From Candidatus Melainabacteria bacterium 17Bon1m (GTDB taxonomy: Bacteria; Cyanobacteriota; Vampirovibrionia; Obscuribacterales; Obscuribacteraceae): a stretch of 64,000 bases of DNA. Below, in pieces: positions 10,434-18,727 of this stretch. The notes beneath the pieces were generated by a model, which saw nothing but the letters and a program-made list of their open reading frames with translations, had not been told where the DNA came from and searched no databases. The translations under genes and the position numbers were made by a program. Location of the stretch: positions 128,001 through 192,000 of the forward strand of contig JAVLKG010000002.1 of assembly GCA_032128875.1 (NCBI GenBank), in the 5' to 3' direction. Positions within the stretch are counted from its first letter, which is position 1. The number at the start of each line of letters is the position of its first letter.

Positions 10434-13400
10434 ATGGCCAAACATCCACAACAAAGAAATGCTAGCTACTGGACAGAAATGCGTAAGGCAATTTTCGTGT
10501 CTTTAAGAGATAGAGGCGAGTCTCTTTCTGAATTGTACGAGTTTGCTGTGGAAACGCTTTACGCTGATGAGTATGTTCCTGGATGGTCTAGACTGGTTGC
10601 ACATTCCATCAGAGAAATTTGTAATCGACTTCCAGATGTATTTCTGCAAGAAACTATCGTTCGTCTAAAACCAGAAAAGGATCTCCCAAGGATTTTAGAT
10701 TTATGGAGAGCCTCCCATCTAGATCCTAATTCAGCACTTATTCAGGATTTCAATCACCTAGATGATCTTTCATTGAGTGATCAAACAGCGACTCTAGCAG
10801 TGCCAATTGTGACACTGGAAGAAACGCGGAGGCTCTTAATTGGTTGGAATGCCAGCTTAGAGGGTGCAAGCCGAAAAGCCAGAAAGCTCCTAATAGAACT
10901 ATCATCTGGAACCCCTCAGCATATCGGTACTGCAGAAGCGAGCATTAGAGGTTGGACTGGAATAATCAAATGGTCTGTAAGCAATGCGCACAGCATGAGG
11001 TCTGACTCAGAGTTCAGCATTGAGGTTTACAGGAAAACCTTTGAAAGCTTTGAAGGTCATTTACTATCTATTCTCAGCCGGTTCTTTGACACGTTGAAGT
11101 ATGTAGACGCCGCCTTAGAAAATCTAAGTATTGAAAATCTAGATCAAACGCTCGGTTTGCTCTTGCTCCCTCAGCATCAAAATTACTTTTTCAACAATCT
11201 GGCAAATCCAGACGTATTGGAACGCCTTGTTGAGAGAGGCTTTTTTAGAGATCCACCTTCAAGATCTTTTGAGCGAGAGTATTGCGTTTGGCCAGCTTTG
11301 TCCTATCTGGCGAAAGTTGCGTCGGTGAAGCCAGACCTAGTATCTAGCTTGTTAGAGAAACTACCAGATATAACCAATCCTTATGTATGCGACTCTATTG
11401 CAAAGGTTTGTGTGAACCTTCCTCCCTTGCAAGCCAGCAAACACGTTCATCGATACATCCGTTGGAGCAAACTTTCCTTTTATGCAGAACTGCCAGCGCT
11501 CATGCGATCCATTCTTATTTCATTGTCCACAGATCAATTCAAGCATCATGCCTTTAAGGTTTTACGCGAATGGCTGAAGCTCAAATTAAGCGACGATTTA
11601 AAACACAGGGCTTACTTGGATGAACGCAATATTGTTGCAAAAATTGGTTCATACTCATATGAAGAGCTATTGAATCACTGCATCCCCGTGCTACTCAAGC
11701 TTGAGGCACTTGAAGCGTTGCGGCAAGTAGTTGACGTCTTGCACGACGCGATTTCTACGATAGATACTGCAAACGAAATTGATGAGTATGATTGGACGAA
11801 GGCATGGTGGAGAGATATATCGAAGGACTTTCCCGAATGGAATCGAAGCACGCTGTCGTATGTAGCTGTATTTCTCAGAAATCAAATGATTGAAGCTATT
11901 ACAAGTGGCTTGTTAACGCTTCCACAGTTGCTTGACCTTCTGAAAGTCCGCGATCACAAAATCTTTCGCCGCATCGAGTTTTTCTTAATCGGAAGGTTTC
12001 CGGATTTGTGTGCCCATAGTACTCGCACTGTACTTGTCCGTACTGATTTTATGTTGGACAGTGATGTGCAGACTGAGTATAAGTATGCTTTACAGAAGGC
12101 GTTTTCTTTATTGCATTCGGATGAACAAGAAAACCTGTTAAGAGCTGTCAACAGAGGACCAGACCTAACGAGATACAGAAATTGGCAGATTCACGAAGCT
12201 TCAGGTGGCCCAACTGAAGATGAAGAAAGATGCTATATCGATGAGTGGAAGTCTCGCTGGTTAAAGGTGATGTTGAAGCAATCTACAACAGAAATTGATA
12301 ATACCGTAGATGATGAGCTGGAACTTGACGAATGGATTGATGATGATCCTGTTTTTGACTTTCGCAATAAGAACGCAGAGAAAATAATTCAAGAGATAGA
12401 GGCGCATAACAGAGTCAATATTCATCACCGTTCTGACTATGCTATTAGAGATGCTCTGTCTATCGCTACTAAAGAGAAGCCAGATGTATTCGTTCAAAGT
12501 TTGAAACTTCTTTCGAAACTCGAACCTTACTATTTAGCAGCGATTGTGGCAGAGTTCTCTCATTATATTGATTCTGCCAAGCAACAGAATGTTGAGGTAA
12601 ATTTATTGCTTATACTGCGGAACTTTTGCAGGGCAACAGGAAGAGGAGCAGAAGACCTAAAATTTGAAGTGATTCGTCTTTTAAACCATCGATTCAAGGC
12701 TAATTGCGAGAGGTTATTGATACCTAAAAATAGAAACTTGGTTTGGTCGATAATCACAAGGTGTGAAGGAAACCTTACCAGTGCTCCAAGGGTGTCAATG
12801 GGAGAAAGAGAGGACTTTGACCTTTACAATGTTTCTTTCAACGACTTTTCCAGCATGGTTATCGAATGCGTGATTGAGTTTGCGAAGTGGCAGCACCAAA
12901 CAAGCAAGCGGAGCAATAAGAGAAGTGTTCTCCCAAACCGTGTTCGAGTTTTACTCAACAAGGCTTTGAAAAGAAAGAATAAAGTCTTAAACGCAGTCGT
13001 GGCCTTCCATTACACAACCCTTTGTATCTTGGACAAACGTTGGGCAATGGCAATCATTCCAGAACTATTTGAGCCAATGAACACAACAAAGTCGCGTGGA
13101 ATGACGAGCTTCATGGTCTTTTTGAAGTGGAATTCTGCCAGGACGATTGTATATAACATTCTTCGGACAAAGTATCAGCGCTGTGCAGAAGTGCTAGGCG
13201 CGATGCGAACGGACAACGGAACATCGCTAGCGCAAGATGTTGTTAGAAGTTTTGCCGAACACTTGGTCCAACTCTATGCGAGTGGATCAGTCAAAAGCGA
13301 CGAAATGATAACACTCCTCCCCGCAACTGCCTTGGAATTGCGAAAAGTTGTGTTGGAAGTTGCCGGGGATATGTTGGAGATGGCCAGAGAGGATCTGTCG

Positions 13401-13826
13401 TCTGAAATTCAGCAGCGACTAATGAGTTTATGGGAACTACTTTTTGATCCGTCTTTGTTTAGTGGCGCGGAGATATTTTCCACCTGGTTACAGTCGAGAA
13501 AATTGCCGTTGGAATGGTCACTTTCAGTGTTTCAGGAATGTCTACAGAACATGCAAGAGTGGGATATGAGTTCTGGTAATCCAGGACGACTTGTATCCAG
13601 CCTGCGTGAGGCATTTGTTGAGTCACCGTATGTAACTTTGAAATGTTGTTTACTTGTGGCGCAAGTTGTAAAACTTTCCTGGGTCCCTGAGCAATGGACT
13701 CATGACTACAAGTATGTAATTTCCTCTGCAAAGAGTTCAGGTGACGAGGAGCAAGTCAGACTTGCTAACGATCTGTTGGATATCTTGGGCAACAAGGGCT
13801 TCCTGGATTTCAGGGATGGTGATTAA
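10434..13826 (+). CDS. Large alpha-helical protein with a possible N-terminal nuclease/HEPN-like domain
   Basis: 1,130-aa ORF; N-terminal RLVAHSIREI...NAH; rest is helical-repeat-like; no Walker A seen. Confidence 0.6.
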   Translation: MAKHPQQRNASYWTEMRKAIFVSLRDRGESLSELYEFAVETLYADEYVPGWSRLVAHSIREICNRLPDVFLQETIVRLKPEKDLPRILDLWRASHLDPNSALIQDFNHLDDLSLSDQTATLAVPIVTLEETRRLLIGWNASLEGASRKARKLLIELSSGTPQHIGTAEASIRGWTGIIKWSVSNAHSMRSDSEFSIEVYRKTFESFEGHLLSILSRFFDTLKYVDAALENLSIENLDQTLGLLLLPQHQNYFFNNLANPDVLERLVERGFFRDPPSRSFEREYCVWPALSYLAKVASVKPDLVSSLLEKLPDITNPYVCDSIAKVCVNLPPLQASKHVHRYIRWSKLSFYAELPALMRSILISLSTDQFKHHAFKVLREWLKLKLSDDLKHRAYLDERNIVAKIGSYSYEELLNHCIPVLLKLEALEALRQVVDVLHDAISTIDTANEIDEYDWTKAWWRDISKDFPEWNRSTLSYVAVFLRNQMIEAITSGLLTLPQLLDLLKVRDHKIFRRIEFFLIGRFPDLCAHSTRTVLVRTDFMLDSDVQTEYKYALQKAFSLLHSDEQENLLRAVNRGPDLTRYRNWQIHEASGGPTEDEERCYIDEWKSRWLKVMLKQSTTEIDNTVDDELELDEWIDDDPVFDFRNKNAEKIIQEIEAHNRVNIHHRSDYAIRDALSIATKEKPDVFVQSLKLLSKLEPYYLAAIVAEFSHYIDSAKQQNVEVNLLLILRNFCRATGRGAEDLKFEVIRLLNHRFKANCERLLIPKNRNLVWSIITRCEGNLTSAPRVSMGEREDFDLYNVSFNDFSSMVIECVIEFAKWQHQTSKRSNKRSVLPNRVRVLLNKALKRKNKVLNAVVAFHYTTLCILDKRWAMAIIPELFEPMNTTKSRGMTSFMVFLKWNSARTIVYNILRTKYQRCAEVLGAMRTDNGTSLAQDVVRSFAEHLVQLYASGSVKSDEMITLLPATALELRKVVLEVAGDMLEMAREDLSSEIQQRLMSLWELLFDPSLFSGAEIFSTWLQSRKLPLEWSLSVFQECLQNMQEWDMSSGNPGRLVSSLREAFVESPYVTLKCCLLVAQVVKLSWVPEQWTHDYKYVISSAKSSGDEEQVRLANDLLDILGNKGFLDFRDGD

Positions 13827-13827
13827 C

Positions 13828-13932
13828 TGTCCTAGCTAAGACTTGATCTGACACCCGGTATACTCCAACTTACGACGGTACGGAGGTGTCAACATGACTT
13901 TAGCCGAGCGCATAATCAAGCCGAAGCTAGGT
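13828..13932 (+). mobile_element. Truncated IS481-family left end
   Basis: TGT...GATCTGACA terminus (13828-13853), GGAGGT RBS, ATG 13894 giving MTLAERIIKPKLG (IS481-type IIKPKLG start), then abrupt break. Confidence 0.65.
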
Positions 13933-14074
13933 TGTCCCGCGAAATCTTAAGTCGAAAACAGAATTCTCCTTCCATAGAATCCACTCTCGCCTTCGATTGG
14001 AACGCGCAAAAGTGTAACCGTTCTCTCCGGAACGTTCTGTTACCTATGTGTTCGGGCCGAACACTCAACAAAAA

Positions 14075-14148
14075 TCGGGACGACAGGATTTGAACCTGCG
14101 ACCTACTGCTCCCAAAGCAGCCGCGCTACCAAGCTGCGCCACGTCCCG
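14075..14148 (-). tRNA. tRNA-Pro(TGG), CCA not encoded
   Basis: Minus strand CGGGACGTGGCGCAGCTTGGTAGCGCGGCTGCTTTGGGAGCAGTAGGTCGCAGGTTCAAATCCTGTCGTCCCGA folds as a cloverleaf, anticodon TGG. Confidence 0.97.
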
Positions 14149-14231
14149 GTCAGGGTTCAATATATCACGAAGAGGTCGTCAAGGCACGAACAGGGCGTTT
14201 CACCCTGTAACAGTAGCCGGCACATCCAGAC

Positions 14232-14257
14232 GTCGGCGAGCCGCCCGCGCTCCCAGG
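14232..14257. repeat. REP-like palindrome (GGGAGCGC family)
   Basis: GTCGGCGAGCCGCCCGCGCTCCCAGG, variant of the copies at 18469, 21670, 31271, 33367. Confidence 0.75.
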
Positions 14258-16399
14258 CTACGGGACGAAGTTTGTTGGTTCTTCGGCGTGGGGGGCTGTG
14301 CGAGTGCCAGAGCTGGATGCAGAGTTGGAGCTGGGTTTGTGTTCGCGGGCGGCTGCCATGCGGGCTTCGCGAGCCAAGCGGCGCTCTTCACGGCGGCGTT
14401 CGGAACGGCTGGCGCGGGAGCTTGAGCTGTAGTCGTTAGATTCGCGGCTTGAGGAGGCTTCACGGCGTGGTGGAGCGCTCTCCTGGGCTGCTGAGGCGAC
14501 TGGTTTGGAAGAGTTGACGCTGCTTTCCGGCACAAAGCCTTCGCGCCCGTTGACCCGTATTTTGTACCAGCCGTCGCGTCTGCCGATGATTTCGACCTGT
14601 TCGCCTCTCGACAAGCGGTTGACTGTTCTGTATGCGCCGCTCGGACCGCGACGAACCTGTATTACCGAATCGCCGGAATTGCTTATGAAGCCAGCTGTTA
14701 CAGGAACAGCAGGCGCATCCTTGATAGACGGGTCTCGCGAAACAGCCACTCCGCCCGATGGTTTCGGCGGTGCTTTCGGGGTTTCAGCAACTTGCTGTGT
14801 CTGCTTTTCAGCAGCCTTTTGAGTTTCGGCAGGCTTGCGAGTTTCAGCGGGTTTTGATGTTTCAATCGGTGTGCGTGACTCAACTGTTCTCGAAATACCA
14901 GAGGTTTTCGATGAGCCGGCTGTCTTTTCAATGATTTTCGCTGGTTCGTTCTTCAAGCCTTGAACATTCACTGGAATCTGTTTCTCACCACGACGCTCAA
15001 CAATCGGCGCTGGCACTTTGGTCAGATTGGATGTGTTTGAAGAATTGGTGTTGGATGCGCTGGAGTTCGAGGCGCTCGACGAATTTGACGCAGAATTAGA
15101 GGAGGTGTTGTCTGCGCCTGAAGTAGTGTTGATATTCTGGCGCACTACTGACGGTACCATTGCTGTCGGCATTGGTTTTAGCTGCCCAGGCATTTGTGCG
15201 TTTTGAATTTCTTCGCCGGCTGTTTTGGTAATTGTGTTTGCTACCCAATTGCCACCACCGCTTCTTCCGCCGGATTGGGCGAGTTCTACAATGAATGATC
15301 CACCTGGCGATACCAAACCAAATCTATTTGACGACTGCGCACGTCTTCTCTTGCTGGCTGACTTGATCTTCGACACTGTGAAAGCAGAAGGTTGCAAGCC
15401 TCTGAATTCACCAATTTGACTTTGTGCGTTTGCGGAAAGATAGGGTTTGCTCTCGGGACTCACCTCATCAAACTTCAAACTCCGTGCCACCGCATGCAGT
15501 GCCGCAAGTTGCCCTTTCCCATGCGGAATGGCACCAGTGAATTTGCCTTGATCCCAAACAAAAGTTGTCTTGAGCAACTCATCATCGGCCGTTGCTGCCA
15601 CGTGTGCGTTGTTGGCGAATGCTCCTTCGACTACACCAATTGAATAGAGTGAGACTTCAAGATTGACGTCTTTGTTGTTTTTCGCGAAAGACACATTTCC
15701 TTCTCCGCGAATCGGCGGTACGGATTTGTCTGATTGATCGCGAATTGCATCCGGCATCAAGGCGTACACTTTTACCAGTGGTTTGCGCGGACCTTGTCCC
15801 GCTGTGTGACCAATCGCGATGAGCACTGGACCTGCAGGATCGCTCACGACCTGCGCCCCGTCGCATACTTCCAATCCTGGAATGTTGACGACTTTGGTAT
15901 CAGTGTCGTTTTTAATAACCAAATAATTGCTCGCCTGAAGCATCGTGTCGATTTCGACAATCTTCAAGCCGCGCGGCAATTCAATTACATGTACTTCGAA
16001 GACCTGGATCGGTAGCGCTGTTTGCAATGCGCTTGCGACTTGGGCGCCGCTCATTGTTCCGGTTTTCTTCAAATACTCTTTGACGGCTTTGTCCAAATCA
16101 GCCTTTAGTTTTTCTGCATCAGCAAGATTTTTCGGACCAGCTCCAAATCGTTTTGCCACCGCCGCCAAATCACTTTGCGGGTCGTGCTTGACGGTTACTG
16201 CGGCTCCGATACCCATGAGCCCCGCGCCAGCGAGTCCGATGACAGCAACGGCGCCAAAGACGAACGGCATCGGCGTGCGTCTACGAGGCAGCGTCTTGCC
16301 GCACTCGACACATTTGCGAGCGGCTACTGAATTTCTGACTTCACATTCGGGACAACGCATTGGGTGACCTGACTGGACCTGGGATTCCTGACGTTGCAT
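14258..16399 (-). CDS. Zinc-ribbon, TM, low-complexity linker and C-terminal bacterial SH3 domain protein
   Basis: CPEC...CVECG; hydrophobic TM; VRRGPSGAY...GEQVEIIGRRDGWYKIRVNGREGFV. Confidence 0.8.
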   Translation of the reverse strand: MQRQESQVQSGHPMRCPECEVRNSVAARKCVECGKTLPRRRTPMPFVFGAVAVIGLAGAGLMGIGAAVTVKHDPQSDLAAVAKRFGAGPKNLADAEKLKADLDKAVKEYLKKTGTMSGAQVASALQTALPIQVFEVHVIELPRGLKIVEIDTMLQASNYLVIKNDTDTKVVNIPGLEVCDGAQVVSDPAGPVLIAIGHTAGQGPRKPLVKVYALMPDAIRDQSDKSVPPIRGEGNVSFAKNNKDVNLEVSLYSIGVVEGAFANNAHVAATADDELLKTTFVWDQGKFTGAIPHGKGQLAALHAVARSLKFDEVSPESKPYLSANAQSQIGEFRGLQPSAFTVSKIKSASKRRRAQSSNRFGLVSPGGSFIVELAQSGGRSGGGNWVANTITKTAGEEIQNAQMPGQLKPMPTAMVPSVVRQNINTTSGADNTSSNSASNSSSASNSSASNTNSSNTSNLTKVPAPIVERRGEKQIPVNVQGLKNEPAKIIEKTAGSSKTSGISRTVESRTPIETSKPAETRKPAETQKAAEKQTQQVAETPKAPPKPSGGVAVSRDPSIKDAPAVPVTAGFISNSGDSVIQVRRGPSGAYRTVNRLSRGEQVEIIGRRDGWYKIRVNGREGFVPESSVNSSKPVASAAQESAPPRREASSSRESNDYSSSSRASRSERRREERRLAREARMAAAREHKPSSNSASSSGTRTAPHAEEPTNFVP

Positions 16400-16537
16400 C
16401 GGCGCGCGAGCGCCAGCAATAAAAACGGACCAGCTATTTGACCATCTATCTAAAAGGTTGAGAAGAGTAGTCTACTAGATATAATAGCCTGCCATAAACT
16501 TTCGTTCAGATTGTTGTCAGTTAGAGGCTACATTAAA

Positions 16538-17233
16538 GTGAGTAAATCTGCCGAGGAATTGTCCGCCCGCCAGGCGCTGGTCGAGGTTTCCAGACTTTGC
16601 TATCAGCGCGGGTACATCACCGGCACTGAGGGAAATTTTAGTATTCGGCTGGGCGCCGACCGCATTTTGACCACCCCCAGAGGGGTCTGCAAGGGGCGGA
16701 TAAATGAGGGCGACCTCGTTGTGACTGATATTGAGGGGGCGCCCGTTGACCCCCATGCAGCATTGCCTTCGACCGAATTGAAGATGCATTTGTCTGCTTA
16801 TCGGTTGCGCGACGACGTTCTTGCCGTGGTGCATGCGCATCCGACTGTCGCCGTCGGTTTTACAGTAGCGGGCGTAAACCTCTCCACACCTGCCTTGCCG
16901 GAGGTGGTCTGCACGATTGGTGGCATTCCTGTGGCACCGTATGCGACACCTAGCACCGACGAAGTCGTCCAAAGCATCGAGCCTTATGTAAAAAAGTGTG
17001 ACGCGTTGATGCTCGATCATCATGGAGCGCTTTGTCTTGGAAAGGACATCTGGGACGCTTTCTACAAGCTTGAAACCCTTGAGCACCAAGCGCAAACGCT
17101 GCTTGTAGCGCATCTTTTGGGCGGTCCAAAGCCGCTTTCCAAGGCTCAAATCAATTCTTTGCTGGCGATTCGCGGTGTTTACGGACTCACCAACGAACTT
17201 GATGTAGATTATTTGACGGGCGGTACAAATTGA
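16538..17233 (+). CDS. Class II aldolase/adducin family protein
   Basis: GTEGNFS, PSTELKMH, VVHAHP, LDHHG motifs. Confidence 0.9.
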   Translation: MSKSAEELSARQALVEVSRLCYQRGYITGTEGNFSIRLGADRILTTPRGVCKGRINEGDLVVTDIEGAPVDPHAALPSTELKMHLSAYRLRDDVLAVVHAHPTVAVGFTVAGVNLSTPALPEVVCTIGGIPVAPYATPSTDEVVQSIEPYVKKCDALMLDHHGALCLGKDIWDAFYKLETLEHQAQTLLVAHLLGGPKPLSKAQINSLLAIRGVYGLTNELDVDYLTGGTN

Positions 17234-17925
17234 CCCTTCAATCATCATCGATGAACGAGCAGCCAAAGACAGTTGAGACTTCCAAGAAGGAAGTTTTGCA
17301 TCCGGAGGAGAGCATTACGACTCTTCTGCTGATTCGTCATGGGCATACTCGGATGACGGAAGAGGGAAGACTTTACAGCGACCCGGAAGCCGAGCTGACG
17401 GACGAAGGTTTGAAACAGTCGAAGGCGCTCGCAGAATGGTTGATGTCGCGGCCGCCTGATGTGGTTTTGTCCAGCACTGCAAAGCGCGTTGTTGCCACCG
17501 CCGAATCAATTTCCGGTCAAACGAATATTCCCATTCTTCGCGTCGATGATCTCAACGAATGGCATGTTGGAAATTGGGAAGGTCGCACTTATCTTGATTT
17601 GAAGAAGAATTCGCCCGACGAATACAAGGCGTGGACGGCGGATCCGATTCGCATGCGCCCACCGGGCGGCGAGTCGATCGAGGACATGTATGAGCGCACG
17701 AAGGTGCGCATCGCAGAACTTATAGAGCAGTATGATGGAAAACGCGTCGCACTCGTCACGCATGCTGGTATTGTCCGCAGTGTCATCGTGCACGCACTCG
17801 GAATGCCGCTGGATAATTTCTGGCGCATTTCAATTCCTGTAGGAACAGTCTCCAAAGTCGATTTCAGCAAGAGCTTCGCTACTGTCCACTTCATGGCAAT
17901 GCGCCCAGGCGCTGACGAAGTTTAG
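17230..17925 (+). CDS. Histidine phosphatase (PGM/CobC-like)
   Basis: LIRHG, LNEWHVGNWEG, PPGGES, VTHAG; start may be ATG 17251. Confidence 0.9.
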   Translation: MTLQSSSMNEQPKTVETSKKEVLHPEESITTLLLIRHGHTRMTEEGRLYSDPEAELTDEGLKQSKALAEWLMSRPPDVVLSSTAKRVVATAESISGQTNIPILRVDDLNEWHVGNWEGRTYLDLKKNSPDEYKAWTADPIRMRPPGGESIEDMYERTKVRIAELIEQYDGKRVALVTHAGIVRSVIVHALGMPLDNFWRISIPVGTVSKVDFSKSFATVHFMAMRPGADEV

Positions 17926-17927
17926 GC

Positions 17928-17981
17928 CGGAACGCTGCCATCCCGGCGGCTTTTAAGTGCCGGCTGGAAGCCGGCGCTCCG
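17928..17981. repeat. Inverted pair of REP-like palindromes
   Basis: CGGAACGCTGCCATCCCGGCGGC and GCCGGCTGGAAGCCGGCGCTCCG between convergent ORFs. Confidence 0.6.
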
Positions 17982-17990
17982 GCCCGGTTG

Positions 17991-18104
17991 CTATTCGTTG
18001 TAGGCGCTGATTACGTCGAAGTACTGAAGTGCAGCCATGAGAGCGCACAGGAAGAACGAGTTGAATAGAATGTGCGCGTAATCTACGCTCGCGATGAATG
18101 GCAT
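17991..18104 (-). CDS. Small hydrophobic protein, 37 aa (MPFIASVDYAHILFNSFFLCALMAALQYFDVISAYNE)
   Basis: AAGGAG RBS 7 nt upstream of ATG; single TM-like stretch; below the ORF-track cutoff. Confidence 0.55.
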   Translation of the reverse strand: MPFIASVDYAHILFNSFFLCALMAALQYFDVISAYNE

Positions 18105-18156
18105 CGTGATGCTCCTTTTTTTGAATTGGAAGGGCGTTGTGGACGTCGTGCGCGTT

Positions 18157-18330
18157 TTAGTTGTCTCTGTTGCTGTTTGACTTCGCGTAGCTGTTGAAGT
18201 AGCAGCTCCAGACCGAGGTGCTTTCTTCGAGAATCGGTTGTTCTTGTTGGATGAGGGGAAGGGGTTCGGCGAGTTGGACGGCGTTTTTGGTTTGGAGCAA
18301 TGCGGAAATGTGTTCGAGTAGCGCTTGCAT
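18157..18330 (-). CDS. Small hypothetical protein, 57 aa (MQALLEHISALLQ...)
   Basis: GAGG upstream of ATG 18330; co-oriented with the 37-aa ORF. Confidence 0.45.
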   Translation of the reverse strand: MQALLEHISALLQTKNAVQLAEPLPLIQQEQPILEESTSVWSCYFNSYAKSNSNRDN

Positions 18331-18429
18331 AGAATCTGTCCTCGGAAGGGTGGGTGGTTCGGGTGCTATCAATGTACGAAACCCGATGGACAATGATTGG
18401 ACAACCCGAAAATGGTAACTGGGTGGGGT

Positions 18430-18682
18430 CTTGCCGGGCGGAAGGCTGGCGGTCTAGACCTTTTAGAAGCCGGCGAGCCGCCGGCGCTCCCAGGCAAGGT
18501 CCGGCGCTCCGCCCATCTCGAAGCCGGCAGGATGCTGGCGGTCACCTGGACAAACGGCGGCAAGCTGCCGCCGGGCCAAAGGCGGGCGAGCCGTCGGCGC
18601 GCCCAGGACGGCTCGCGCTTCCAGGAGACTCCCACCCAGGCGCTCCCAGGAAAAACGGGCGATGCATGGCGTCGCCCCTACA
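18430..18682. repeat. Cluster of about nine intact or decayed REP-like palindromes
   Basis: Includes GCCGGCGAGCCGCCGGCGCTCCCAGG (18469), GCCGGCAGGATGCTGGCG and GGGCGATGCATGGCGTCGCCCCTAC. Confidence 0.8.
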
Positions 18683-18727
18683 GAGCGGCCCTCTGCTGCC
18701 GCTCGTTTGCTATGCTAGCGGGCTCAA

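Larger units (their letters stand above)
1..14070 (+). mobile_element. Putative genomic (defence-like) island ending at the 3' side of tRNA-Pro; left end lies outside the window
   Basis: Visibly AT-richer than downstream DNA; all genes on + strand; mostly hypothetical/HEPN-like genes; IS remnants; none of the REP palindromes common downstream were seen; abuts tRNA 3' end. No integrase in the window. Confidence 0.7.

Noticed and set aside
14030-14074. Tn7/CAST transposon end beside the tRNA (minus strand starts TGTTGA)
   Set aside because: No repeated TnsB-like sites recognised and no tns genes in the window
14048-14535. ORFs 14048..14425(+) and 14200..14535(-)
   Set aside because: They overlap the tRNA, a REP and the real SH3 gene; shadow frames
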